A stretch of DNA of 61,504 bases, taken from the NCBI GenBank assembly GCA_035641235.1, contig DASQUP010000144.1:1-61504 (forward strand), written 5' to 3'. How positions within the stretch are numbered: the stretch's first letter is position 1; each line of letters opens with the position of its first letter. Positions 42,484 to 53,478 of the stretch are shown here, piece by piece. Source of the DNA: Actinomycetota bacterium. Lineage in GTDB: Bacteria > Actinomycetota > CADDZG01 > WHSQ01. A program made the translations under genes and the position numbers. A model generated the notes under the pieces. The model was given only the letters and a program-made list of their open reading frames with translations, did not search any database and was not told where the DNA came from.

Positions 42484-43533
42484 ATGGGAACTCCCGGAAA
42501 AGGCAGGTCTCGCATTCTGTTCGGCCTCGTACTGGCGACGTTTGCCTTGCTGGTCGCCGCGTGCGCACCCGACGCGCCGCAAGACGTGTTGAAGCCCGAA
42601 GGGCTCGGCGCCCGCGAGGCCGATCGCCTGTGGGACATCGTCTTCCCCATCGCCGCCGTGATCTTCTTTGTCGTCGAAGGAGTTCTTATCTATGCCGTCG
42701 TGAAGTACCGGCATAAGCCGGGGCGCGAGGCGAAGCAGTTCCACGGCAACACAAAGATCGAAGTCGCGCTTACCGCCATACCAGCTCTGATTCTGGCCGG
42801 CATCGCGGTTCCCACGGTGCGGACGATCTTCGACCTGGCGGAGGAACGGCCGGGATCGATGCAGGTGACGGTCATCGCCCATCAGTTCTGGTGGGAGTAC
42901 AGGTATCCGGAGCTCGGCATCACCACTGCCAATGAATTGCACATTCCCGTCGGGCAGCCCGTACGAGTGAGGCTCGAGGGCCAGGTGCGAGACCCCGTTG
43001 ATGGGACAGAGGAAGTCATCCACAGCTTCTGGGTGCCGCGCCTGATGGGAGCTCAGGATGTGGTTCCAGGGCGCGCCGAGTTTCAACTTCTTCAGGCCGA
43101 CCGTCCGGGTGAGTACTTAGGAGAGTGCAAGGAGTACTGCGGCCTCTCCCACGCCAACATGCGGCTGCGGGTCATCGCGCAACCTCAGGAAGAGTTCGAC
43201 GCGTGGGTCGAGGACATGCAAACGACCGAGGAACACGACGGTGGTCTCGACGGGGCCGATCTTTTCGTGAACGGAGCCGACAACATAGGCCAGCCGTGTT
43301 CGGCGTGCCACTCGGTTGAAGCCTCCCAGGAACAGCCGAGCCTCGGACCCAACCTGGGCGGGTTTTCCGAACGCGGCATGTTCGCGGGAGCCATCTTCGA
43401 GAACAATGAGGAGAATCTCCGCGCGTGGCTCCGGAACCCGCCCGGCGTGAAGCCCGGCGCCAAGATGCCGAACCTCAACCTCACATCGGACCAGATAGAC
43501 GCGCTGATCGAATACCTGCAATCGTTGGAATGA
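42484..43533 (+). CDS. ctaC: cytochrome c oxidase subunit II with fused cytochrome c domain (caa3-type)
   Basis: ATG at 42484. Lipobox LLVAAC. CuA site HSFWVP...CKEYCGLSHANM. C-terminal CSACH haem c motif. Confidence 0.92.
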   Translation: MGTPGKGRSRILFGLVLATFALLVAACAPDAPQDVLKPEGLGAREADRLWDIVFPIAAVIFFVVEGVLIYAVVKYRHKPGREAKQFHGNTKIEVALTAIPALILAGIAVPTVRTIFDLAEERPGSMQVTVIAHQFWWEYRYPELGITTANELHIPVGQPVRVRLEGQVRDPVDGTEEVIHSFWVPRLMGAQDVVPGRAEFQLLQADRPGEYLGECKEYCGLSHANMRLRVIAQPQEEFDAWVEDMQTTEEHDGGLDGADLFVNGADNIGQPCSACHSVEASQEQPSLGPNLGGFSERGMFAGAIFENNEENLRAWLRNPPGVKPGAKMPNLNLTSDQIDALIEYLQSLE

Positions 43534-43564
43534 TGGACGGACTCAGAGCTGGGGGAGTGAAGTC

Positions 43565-45435
<1,871 letters not shown>

Positions 45436-45439
<4 letters not shown>

Positions 45440-46047
45440 GCTCTCAGCACGCGGCGGCGCACGCCCCTCCCGAACACCACACGAGTACAGGGCTCGACAA
45501 CGTCAAGCTGGCGATGTGGGCCTTCCTGGGCTCGGAGTGCCTGTTCTTCGGCTCACTCATCTCGACGTACCTCTTGTATCGCAACCGTGTCCTGGATGGA
45601 CCGAAGCCACAAGAGATCTACGACATCCCGTATACGTCCGTCAGTTCGTTCGTGCTGCTCATGTCGTCCGTGACGATGGTCCTTGCACTCGCCGCCATCC
45701 AACGGGGCGATCACCGCGGGTTGCGCATATGGCTGCTGGCGACGGCGATGCTCGGCTCGGTCTTCATCGGCGGGCAGATCTACGAGTTCACGACTTTCGT
45801 CGACGAAGGTCTCAAGCTCTCCACGAGCACCTTCGGCAGCGCGTTCTTCGTGATGACCGGATTCCACGGTGCGCACGTGACGGTTGGAATCTTCATGTTG
45901 TTGTCTCTCGTCGGAATGTCGATGTTCGGGAGGCTGTCGGACCCCGACGGCCCTCGAAAGGTGGAATTGATCGGCCTCTACTGGCACTTCGTGGACATCG
46001 TTTGGATCGTCATCTTCACCGTCGTGTACCTGATCCCCACCAACTAG
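45436..46047 (+). CDS. ctaE: cytochrome c oxidase subunit III
   Basis: ORF 45403..46047. TTG at 45436 overlaps the ctaD TGA. FFGSLISTY, TGFHGAHV and YWHFVDIVW motifs. Confidence 0.88.
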
Positions 46048-46059
46048 CGGAGTGAACAA

Positions 46060-46410
46060 ATGACCCAGGCAGGCGTCGAACATGCTCCCAGAGAGGAAGG
46101 CGAACTCGCCCATCACCCCGAGCCGCGGCAGTACGTGGTGGTTGGGGTCTGGCTGGCGATCGTCACGGCACTCGAGGTCGCCATCTACTACATCGACAGC
46201 ATGCGCGACATCATCGTGCCGTTCCTATTGGTGTTCGCGTTCATTAAGTTCTTTCTGGTTGCGACCTGGTTCATGCATCTCAAGTTCGACAGCCCACTAT
46301 TTCGCAGGCTGTTCGTCAGTGGCCTCGTCCTCGCTCTTGCCATCTTCGCCATCGTGTTGACCGTGTTCCTTGCGCGCGGCGGCGCGGTGCCTGAGATCGC
46401 AGGCGGATGA
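46060..46410 (+). CDS. ctaF: cytochrome c oxidase subunit IV (bacterial CtaF/COX4_pro type)
   Basis: 116 aa, 3 TM, FIKFFLVATWFMHLKFD motif. Confidence 0.85.
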   Translation: MTQAGVEHAPREEGELAHHPEPRQYVVVGVWLAIVTALEVAIYYIDSMRDIIVPFLLVFAFIKFFLVATWFMHLKFDSPLFRRLFVSGLVLALAIFAIVLTVFLARGGAVPEIAGG

Positions 46411-47276
46411 TTTCCGCAGCGCAAGAGGCAACCGCTGTGCTCGTGTGGCACCCGCACCCTGACGTGTGGCTGCTCGTTGTGGGGCTGCTTGTCGGCTATG
46501 TGTGGGCCGTCACCGTCCTGGGCCCGCGTCGGGCCGCCCCCGGCAAACCCATCGCAACGACCGGACAGAAGGTGTCGTTTCTGCTCGGAGTAATCGCCCT
46601 GTTGATCGCGGAGGACTGGCCGCTCCACGAGCTTGCGGAGGACTACTGGTTCTCAGCGCACATGGTCCAGCACCTGATGTTCGCGTTTGTGATTCCGCCG
46701 CTGTTGCTGCTCGGCACGCCTACATGGCTGCTGAGAGGTCTGTTGGGGAAGGGGGCCCGTTTCAAGGCCTTCCGAGTTCTGACCCGGCCCTTGATCGCCC
46801 TCGTTCTGTTCAACGGCGCAGTGGTCGCCATGCACTGGCCGTTGGTGGTCGACCTCCAATCGAACAGCGCGGTGTTCCACCTCGCATTTCACTCATTCCT
46901 CTTGGGCGCCGCGCTGGTCATGTGGTCGGTTGTGGTGTCGCCGCTTCCGGAGCTCAATCGACTTTCGGAGCCGGCGAAGATGCTCTACTTGTTCCTCCAG
47001 TCCGTCGTTCCCACGGTCCCCGCATCGTTTCTTACGTTTGCCGATCGGCCCCTGTATTCGTTCTACGAGTCGGCGCCTCGGCTGTGGGGCCTGTCGGCAG
47101 GAACCGATCAGATGATGGCGGGGCTGCTCATGAAGCTCGGTGGCGGTTTGCTACTGTGGTCCGTCATCGCGGTGATGTTCTTTAGATGGAGCGCAAAAGA
47201 AGACGCTGACGTTGGACACGAAGTCGGTTGGGATGACTTCGAGCGTGAACTCGAAGTCTGGGATATGAGGAAGTGA
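46407..47276 (+). CDS. ctaG: cytochrome c oxidase assembly factor CtaG (Bacillus Caa3_CtaG type), paralog 1
   Basis: HMVQHLMFAFVIPPLLLLGTP motif. Polytopic. ATGA overlap with ctaF. Confidence 0.85.
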   Translation: MISAAQEATAVLVWHPHPDVWLLVVGLLVGYVWAVTVLGPRRAAPGKPIATTGQKVSFLLGVIALLIAEDWPLHELAEDYWFSAHMVQHLMFAFVIPPLLLLGTPTWLLRGLLGKGARFKAFRVLTRPLIALVLFNGAVVAMHWPLVVDLQSNSAVFHLAFHSFLLGAALVMWSVVVSPLPELNRLSEPAKMLYLFLQSVVPTVPASFLTFADRPLYSFYESAPRLWGLSAGTDQMMAGLLMKLGGGLLLWSVIAVMFFRWSAKEDADVGHEVGWDDFERELEVWDMRK

Positions 47277-47941
47277 TGAGCCAGCAAGATCCGATGCTGG
47301 GAGAGGTACGTTTCAGGGTCCCGCTCCCGGTTCTGATTCCGGTCACGGCGGTCGTGGTCATCGTTCTGTTGACCTTCGGCTTTTCGCGTGTGCTGCTTGC
47401 ACTCCCTGCGGAGGCCGCTACGGCCGTCGCCACGGTGACTGCCTTGAACATCCTCGGCGCCTGCGCCGTGCTGGCCTCACGACCAAACATCTCACGCAAT
47501 GGGATGGTTGAGCTGGCCGTCGTCGTGATCTATCCCGTGATCATCGGCATCGCGATCGCACAACTGGGTATCGGGGCGGAGGAGCACGCGGAAGCAGCGC
47601 CGCCAGCGGCCGAGGAGGGAGCGCCGGCAGGTGACTCGGGCGGCCCGGTTGCCAGCGGGGGGACTATGGTCGCGGAGGACGTTCAGTTCGCGTCCGACAC
47701 CATTGAGTTAACTGCCGGGGAAGATGTCTCGATCACCTTCGACAACCGCGATGAACTCCAGCACAACGTCGCGATCTATGCAGACGAGGCCGATGCCGAC
47801 GCGCAGGAGAACCCCATCTTCCAGGGGGAGATCATCACCGGGACGACCGTCACCTACGAATTCACGGCCCCGGACGCGGGGGAGTACGTATTCCAGTGTG
47901 ACGTGCATCCCGCGATGGGCGGCACCGTAGTTGTGGAGTAG
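47273..47941 (+). CDS. membrane-anchored cupredoxin (type-1 Cu, amicyanin-like loop)
   Basis: 3 N-terminal TM helices, an A/E/G linker, then a cupredoxin with H (LQHNVAIY) and C-x2-H-x2-M (QCDVHPAM). Confidence 0.8.
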   Translation: MMSQQDPMLGEVRFRVPLPVLIPVTAVVVIVLLTFGFSRVLLALPAEAATAVATVTALNILGACAVLASRPNISRNGMVELAVVVIYPVIIGIAIAQLGIGAEEHAEAAPPAAEEGAPAGDSGGPVASGGTMVAEDVQFASDTIELTAGEDVSITFDNRDELQHNVAIYADEADADAQENPIFQGEIITGTTVTYEFTAPDAGEYVFQCDVHPAMGGTVVVE

Positions 47942-47979
47942 CACTGGAATCGGCCGGAAGGTAGCCGGGAGGTAGGCAT

Positions 47980-48825
47980 TTGATTCTGGCGCACGGTCCG
48001 GCTCCAGATCCCGGTATCTGGTTCCTCCAATGGGCCTTTGAACCGCTCGTCTGGGGCGCTGGTGCCGCCTCAGCGTGGTGGTACATACGAGCGGCGCGCC
48101 GGGTACATGGATGGTCTGTGTGGCGCAGCCGCAGCTACATCGCTGGGATCGGGGTGGCTGTGTTCGCGTTGTCCGGTCCACCGGCGGTTTTTGACACAGC
48201 GCTCTTCTGGGTCCACATGGTGCAGCACCTGCTCCTGGTGATGCTCGCCGCTCCGCTGTTATTGCTCGGCGCGCCGGTGACGCTGGCGCTGCGATCCGGT
48301 TCGGATCGGCTGCGGCGGAGGCTGCGCGCCCTTATAGAGATGCCTCCCATAAAGTTCTTCGGGCAGCCGGTAGTCGCATGGATGTTGATGGCGGCCGTCG
48401 TGGTTCTCACCCACTTCTCGGCCATCTACAACGCGGCACTCGAGAACGAACTCGTACACATCGGCGAACATGCTCTGTACATCTCCGCAGCCCTCCTGTT
48501 CTGGTGGCCGGTGGTGGGGTTGGATCCAGGGTCATCACGCCTGGCACGGCCCGTGCGTGTGGTGTACGTGGCTCTCACGATGCCCGTCCAGGCATTTGTA
48601 GGACTGGCTTTGTATTCCGCGGACCGAGTTCTTTACGAGCACTACTCCACGCTCCAGCGGTCGTGGGGGCCTGCTCCTCTGGCGGATCAGCAGCTCGCCG
48701 GCGTTGTGATGTGGGTTGGTGGCGAGCTCCTTGCGGGGGCGGCGCTGGCCGCCGTAGTAGTCGCCTGGATGCGCGAAGAAGATCGGCTCGCCGCCAAAGA
48801 GGATCGCCGCCTGGGGCTCACCTAG
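47980..48825 (+). CDS. CtaG-type oxidase assembly factor, paralog 2
   Basis: HMVQHLLLVMLAAPLLLLGAP motif. Polytopic. Confidence 0.82.
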   Translation: MILAHGPAPDPGIWFLQWAFEPLVWGAGAASAWWYIRAARRVHGWSVWRSRSYIAGIGVAVFALSGPPAVFDTALFWVHMVQHLLLVMLAAPLLLLGAPVTLALRSGSDRLRRRLRALIEMPPIKFFGQPVVAWMLMAAVVVLTHFSAIYNAALENELVHIGEHALYISAALLFWWPVVGLDPGSSRLARPVRVVYVALTMPVQAFVGLALYSADRVLYEHYSTLQRSWGPAPLADQQLAGVVMWVGGELLAGAALAAVVVAWMREEDRLAAKEDRRLGLT

Positions 48826-49026
48826 CTCTCCGTCGACGACCTTCGACCGACGCATTCGCCTACTTCTCAATAGTTCCTTGCCCCTGGCTGGAATCTTCAG
48901 GATTGCCCAGACGGCGTGCATATGCGTAACTTGTACCGGAGTGCTGATCCGCCGGGCCGGCGAACGGTTCAGCGTTTTGCCGGCCGGGTGGATGCGGGTT
49001 TACCGGTATGGCTCGAGGAGGTCCCG

Positions 49027-50193
49027 ATGGCCCAGACGAGTGCCTTTGATCCCGTCACCCAGGATGACATCCGCGACCTCCTTGCCCCTCGATCGGCTCC
49101 GGCGGTATCGATCTATCAGCCATCGCATCGCGCCGGGCCCGAGGCGGAACAGAACATCCTTCGCTACAAAAACCTGCTCTCCGATGCTGAGGCGAAGCTC
49201 TCTCAACAGGGCGTGGGCAATTCTGAAACGGGGGGGATCCTTCGCCCTGCGCGTGCACTCCTGGATCGGTCCGAGTTCTGGCGGCATCAACTTGACGGCC
49301 TTGCGGTATTTGCGGCTCCGGAGTTCTTTCGCGTGCTGAAGCTCCCACATGAGGCCGAGGAGCTTGTTGTCGTCGGCGAAACCCTGCATGTCACCCCCTT
49401 GCTTCCCGCGATGACCCAAGGGCACTTTTACATCCTTGCGGTGAGCATGGACTCGCTTCGCCTTATGCGCGCCACGCCTCACAGCATCGAGGAGGTTGAC
49501 ATCACCGACGTACCGAGAAGTCTGGCTGAGGCAACTCGCTACGACGACTACCAGAAGAAGAACCTGCAACGCCATCCCACATCGCGGGCCGGTGTGGGCG
49601 GCCGCACCATGCAGCATGGTCATGGGCCGGGTGACGAAGACCTCAAAGAGGAGATCAAGCGGTACTTCCAGGCCGCCGACGCCGGAGTCTGCCGAATGTT
49701 GACTACGGACGGCGCGCCGCTAGTCGTTGCGGCCGTCGACTATCTGATCACGATGTACCGGCATGTGACCGACTACCGGAACGTCGTGAACAAGGGCATC
49801 GAGGGGAATCCCGACCAACTGTCGCCGCGGCAATTGCTCGAACGCGCCCGCCCGATCGTTGATCCGATCTTTCGTGAGCCCCTCCTCAAGGCCAAAGACA
49901 AGTACGGCCGAGGTGAGGGTGTCGGACTCGCATCCTGTGCCCTACTCGACGTGGTGCGTGGCGCACACGCTGGAAGGGTGGAAAGCCTCATGGTGGCAAA
50001 AGGTGAGCGCCGCTGGGGGGCCTACGTTGCGGACGCCGACGCACTCGAGGTCCATGACGACCCGTCGCCGGGAGACGGGGACTTACTCGATCTCGCAACA
50101 CGCCAGAGCCTTCTTCACGGCGGATCCGTCTACCTCGTGGAGCGCGACGAGATGCCCTGTGCGGAGCCAATCGCAGCGGTGTTTCGCTACTGA
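49027..50193 (+). CDS. bacterial eRF1-like (baeRF-family) protein
   Basis: ATG at 49027 preceded by GAGGAGG. The features VSIYQPSHRAGPEAEQNILRYKNLL, HFYILAVSMDSLRL, HGHGPGDEDLKEEIKRYF, GNPDQLSPRQL and the C-terminal IAAVFRY match my recollection of baeRF3-type proteins. Needs HMM confirmation. Confidence 0.45.
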   Translation: MAQTSAFDPVTQDDIRDLLAPRSAPAVSIYQPSHRAGPEAEQNILRYKNLLSDAEAKLSQQGVGNSETGGILRPARALLDRSEFWRHQLDGLAVFAAPEFFRVLKLPHEAEELVVVGETLHVTPLLPAMTQGHFYILAVSMDSLRLMRATPHSIEEVDITDVPRSLAEATRYDDYQKKNLQRHPTSRAGVGGRTMQHGHGPGDEDLKEEIKRYFQAADAGVCRMLTTDGAPLVVAAVDYLITMYRHVTDYRNVVNKGIEGNPDQLSPRQLLERARPIVDPIFREPLLKAKDKYGRGEGVGLASCALLDVVRGAHAGRVESLMVAKGERRWGAYVADADALEVHDDPSPGDGDLLDLATRQSLLHGGSVYLVERDEMPCAEPIAAVFRY

Positions 50194-50354
50194 CACTGAA
50201 CGCTGGGCACAGACAAACATCGTGTATGAGGCGAAATCGGGCGACGGCATCGTCGTGACAGTTCAGGCCAGAGCTCAGTCGGGTGTTCCCGGGGGAACCG
50301 GGCCAACCGACACCGAAGTCGTTACCGATCAGCCGATCACGATCACCTGATTGA

Positions 50355-51326
50355 TCAGATCCGAATGAACTGATCGGCTGCTGCCGCCACGAACAGCAGC
50401 GCCAGGTAATAGATCGAGAACCGGAACAGGTCCCAGGCGACGCGCGGTTCGGGCCTTCGCCACAGTCGGATCGCGAGGTAGATAAACGCGCCGTTCAGCA
50501 CAAGTGCAGACCCGAGGTACAGCATTCCCATCCGTCCGACGGAGAAGAAGGCCAGGCACATCGCCAGAAGCAGTAGTGAGTACAGGAGGATGTGTTTGGT
50601 CGTCTCCTCCCGGCCATAGATGACGGGCATCATCGGCACGCCGGCGGCTGCGTAGTCGCGCTCGTAGCGCAGCGCCAATGCCCAGAAGTGGGGCGGCGTC
50701 CAGTAGAAGATGATTGCAAAGAGGGCGAGTGCCGGAAGCTCAAGTGTTCCCGTTACGGCCGCCCATCCGACGAGAGCAGGAACGGCACCTGCGGCGCCTC
50801 CGATGACGATGTTCTGTGGCGTCGTTCGTTTGAGTCCGATCGTGTAGACGAAGACGTAGAACAGCAGACCGGCCAGTGCGAGAGCCGCGGCGAGGGCGTT
50901 CACCGTCGTCCACATCTGAAGGAAGGAGACGGCGCCGAGAACCGTCCCGAATACCAATGCGCTGCGCGGCGCAACGCGGTGAGAGGGCAGGGGTCGCCGC
51001 CGAGTGCGCGGCATGATCCCGTCGATATCTCGGTCGACGTAGCAGTTGATCGCGTTGGCGCCGCCGGCGGCCAGAGTGCCACCCAGCAAGGTCCACAGGA
51101 CGAGGGCCGTCGACGGCCACCCCTTCGCCGCCACGACCATCGAGGGAACTGTTGTTACCAGCAGCAGCTCGATGATGCGCGGCTTGGTCAGCGCGATATA
51201 GGCCGCGACTCGTTCTCGGACGGAGAGGCCTGTATATACCGGCGGTTCGGCGTCACCGGAGTGCCGCCGGCCCAGTTGCTCGTCGATGCCGACGGCAGGT
51301 GAACGTGAGGCCATGTCGCTCTGCAT
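50355..51326 (-). CDS. ctaB: protohaem IX farnesyltransferase (haem O synthase)
   Basis: UbiA-family motif NCYVDRDIDGIMPRTRRRP. ATG at 51326 or 51314. Confidence 0.92.
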   Translation of the reverse strand: MQSDMASRSPAVGIDEQLGRRHSGDAEPPVYTGLSVRERVAAYIALTKPRIIELLLVTTVPSMVVAAKGWPSTALVLWTLLGGTLAAGGANAINCYVDRDIDGIMPRTRRRPLPSHRVAPRSALVFGTVLGAVSFLQMWTTVNALAAALALAGLLFYVFVYTIGLKRTTPQNIVIGGAAGAVPALVGWAAVTGTLELPALALFAIIFYWTPPHFWALALRYERDYAAAGVPMMPVIYGREETTKHILLYSLLLLAMCLAFFSVGRMGMLYLGSALVLNGAFIYLAIRLWRRPEPRVAWDLFRFSIYYLALLFVAAAADQFIRI

Positions 51327-51327
51327 C

Positions 51328-52263
51328 CTAACGGCCGGCCTCAACTGCGGCAGTGGATGATGCGGCCATCCCCTTGGCGGCCCCAAGCTCCTCGATCACA
51401 GGACTCGTTGCGGCCGCAATCGCCACCAAGGCAGCCCATATCCCGGCTCCTGCGGCGAGGTGGAACATCACAACGATCGGGTTCAGCACGGTCCACACGT
51501 TCAGGGCACCGATGAAGATCTCCACTATGAAGAGCGCTGCTGCAATGCGGGCAAGGCGCCGGACGAGCTCCAGACGGCTCCGGCGGACTATCTGGACTGC
51601 CACCCACACGACGATCACCGCGACAACCACTGCGAGTATCCGATGAAGGAAGTGAACTGCCTCGCGCTCGACCCCGATGTTGGGGACGAAGCGTCCGTGT
51701 TGAAGCGGCCATCCCGGCATGTAGCCGTAGTCGCTCGTGTACGAGCCCACGATGAGCAGAACGAACACGGCGGATGACGCCCATGCGGCGAGCCGGGCGA
51801 CAGTCTGGTCGGGTGGCCCATCGACTCCCCCCTCCGCCCGAGTCGAGGCCGCGACCACCCCAATCAGAGCAGCCAGGAACACCATCGCCGTTGCGAGGTG
51901 ACCGACCACGAGCAGCACCTCAAGTTCGCCCTTCACAACCACACGACCGAGGAGTCCCTGGAAGATGACGAGAGCCAGTGCCGCCCCCGACAGTTTCACC
52001 AGGCCCGGACGGTCTCGCAGGTACCGAAGCGCTTGCACGAAGAGTGCCAGGACCAGCAGGCCCACGATCATGGCGACAGCACGATGGGTCCACTCGATGA
52101 TGACCGGCCGCGCGTTCAGGACGGGAATGAGTTTGCCGTTGCAGTCGGGCCAGTCGTCTCCACATCCGAGGCCCGAGTCGGTGGCGCGAACGAGCCCTCC
52201 AACAGCCACCAGAAGAAGCGTCGCGACCGTCGATGTGGCCGCAAGCCGGCGAAAAGAATGCAT
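51328..52263 (-). CDS. ctaA: haem A synthase (COX15/CtaA)
   Basis: GCGDDWPDCNG Cys pair and conserved His-containing helices (EWTHRAVAM, GHLATAM, HFLHRILA). Confidence 0.9.
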   Translation of the reverse strand: MHSFRRLAATSTVATLLLVAVGGLVRATDSGLGCGDDWPDCNGKLIPVLNARPVIIEWTHRAVAMIVGLLVLALFVQALRYLRDRPGLVKLSGAALALVIFQGLLGRVVVKGELEVLLVVGHLATAMVFLAALIGVVAASTRAEGGVDGPPDQTVARLAAWASSAVFVLLIVGSYTSDYGYMPGWPLQHGRFVPNIGVEREAVHFLHRILAVVVAVIVVWVAVQIVRRSRLELVRRLARIAAALFIVEIFIGALNVWTVLNPIVVMFHLAAGAGIWAALVAIAAATSPVIEELGAAKGMAASSTAAVEAGR

Positions 52264-52368
52264 GGGCAGGCGATGCTACCTGTTCTTTTCTCCCCTATAC
52301 GCCGTGGGGGCGGTTGCAGAAGAAATGAACGCTTTAAGCCGCTCGGGCGGCCGTAATCTACACTCCGA

Positions 52369-53382
52369 ATGCGCGATTTCTCTCCGTCACTCCCAGAGTT
52401 GCGGACCGCTGTGGACGTCGAACTCCATCGCTTTCTCGACGATAGGTTCAAAGCAGTTCCCGATGCGGCCGACTTGATCGATGAGATCGCCCGCGTCATC
52501 TCGGCGGGTGGAAAGCGCCTGCGGCCGGCCTTTTGTTACTGGGGATTCAGGGCCGCGGGCGGACGCCACGGGCCGGCGATCGTGCGCGCCGCTGCGAGTC
52601 TCGAACTGCTTCACACATTTGCGATCGTCCACGACGACATCATGGATGACTCCGACGAGCGACGGGGGGAGCCGACCGTCCACGTCCGGCACGGTTTGGG
52701 TTTTGCCCTCCTGACCGGTGATCTGGCGTTGGTGCTGGCCGATGCGCTGTTTTTCTCCGCAGGCTTCGACCCAGCGGTGGTCTTGCGGGCATTTGGCGCC
52801 TATTCACTCATGCGGCAGGAGGTGATCGCCGGCCAACACCTCGACGTCAAACACGCCTCACGCATCGACATGTCGGAACAGGAAGCGCGGCACATAGCCG
52901 TTCTCAAGTCCGGCCGCTACTCGATCGAGAAGCCGCTCGTCATAGGTGCGCTGCTCGCCGATGCACCTGGAGGTCTGGTTGCCGGGTTGTCGGCGTTCGG
53001 GGACCCCCTCGGGGAGGCCTTTCAGCTTCGAGACGACCTTCTCGGGTCCTTCGGAGACCGCTCGAGCCTGGGTAAGCCGGTGGACTCCGATATCCGGGAG
53101 GGAAAACGAAATGTGCTCTTCGCCGCAACCGCTCGTCTTCTGAACGGGTCGGATCGAGAGTTCTTCGTCTCGCGCTGGGGGGCCGGGGAGTCGCTGACTG
53201 CAGACAACGTTCAGCATCTGCGTGATCTGGTGGAGCGTTCAGGTGCTCGCGCGGTCGCTGAGGAGATGCTTCGTGCTCGAGCAGACGAAGCGGCGAGCGC
53301 GATCGTGGGTTTGGATGTCGATGACCAAGCGCGCTCGGCGCTTCGAGCACTCGCCCACGAGGCGACGGACCGTGATTTTTGA
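52369..53382 (+). CDS. polyprenyl diphosphate synthase
   Basis: First and second Asp-rich motifs HDDIMDDSDERRG and FQLRDDLLG. Confidence 0.9.
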   Translation: MRDFSPSLPELRTAVDVELHRFLDDRFKAVPDAADLIDEIARVISAGGKRLRPAFCYWGFRAAGGRHGPAIVRAAASLELLHTFAIVHDDIMDDSDERRGEPTVHVRHGLGFALLTGDLALVLADALFFSAGFDPAVVLRAFGAYSLMRQEVIAGQHLDVKHASRIDMSEQEARHIAVLKSGRYSIEKPLVIGALLADAPGGLVAGLSAFGDPLGEAFQLRDDLLGSFGDRSSLGKPVDSDIREGKRNVLFAATARLLNGSDREFFVSRWGAGESLTADNVQHLRDLVERSGARAVAEEMLRARADEAASAIVGLDVDDQARSALRALAHEATDRDF

Positions 53383-53478
53383 TTGCGGCCGGGATGACTT
53401 GTGAGGGTTGTGCCGGTTACCGTTCCGGCCAGGTAGATTTCGACCATAGAAGCTGAGCACATAGGGGAGCGCAGGGGC

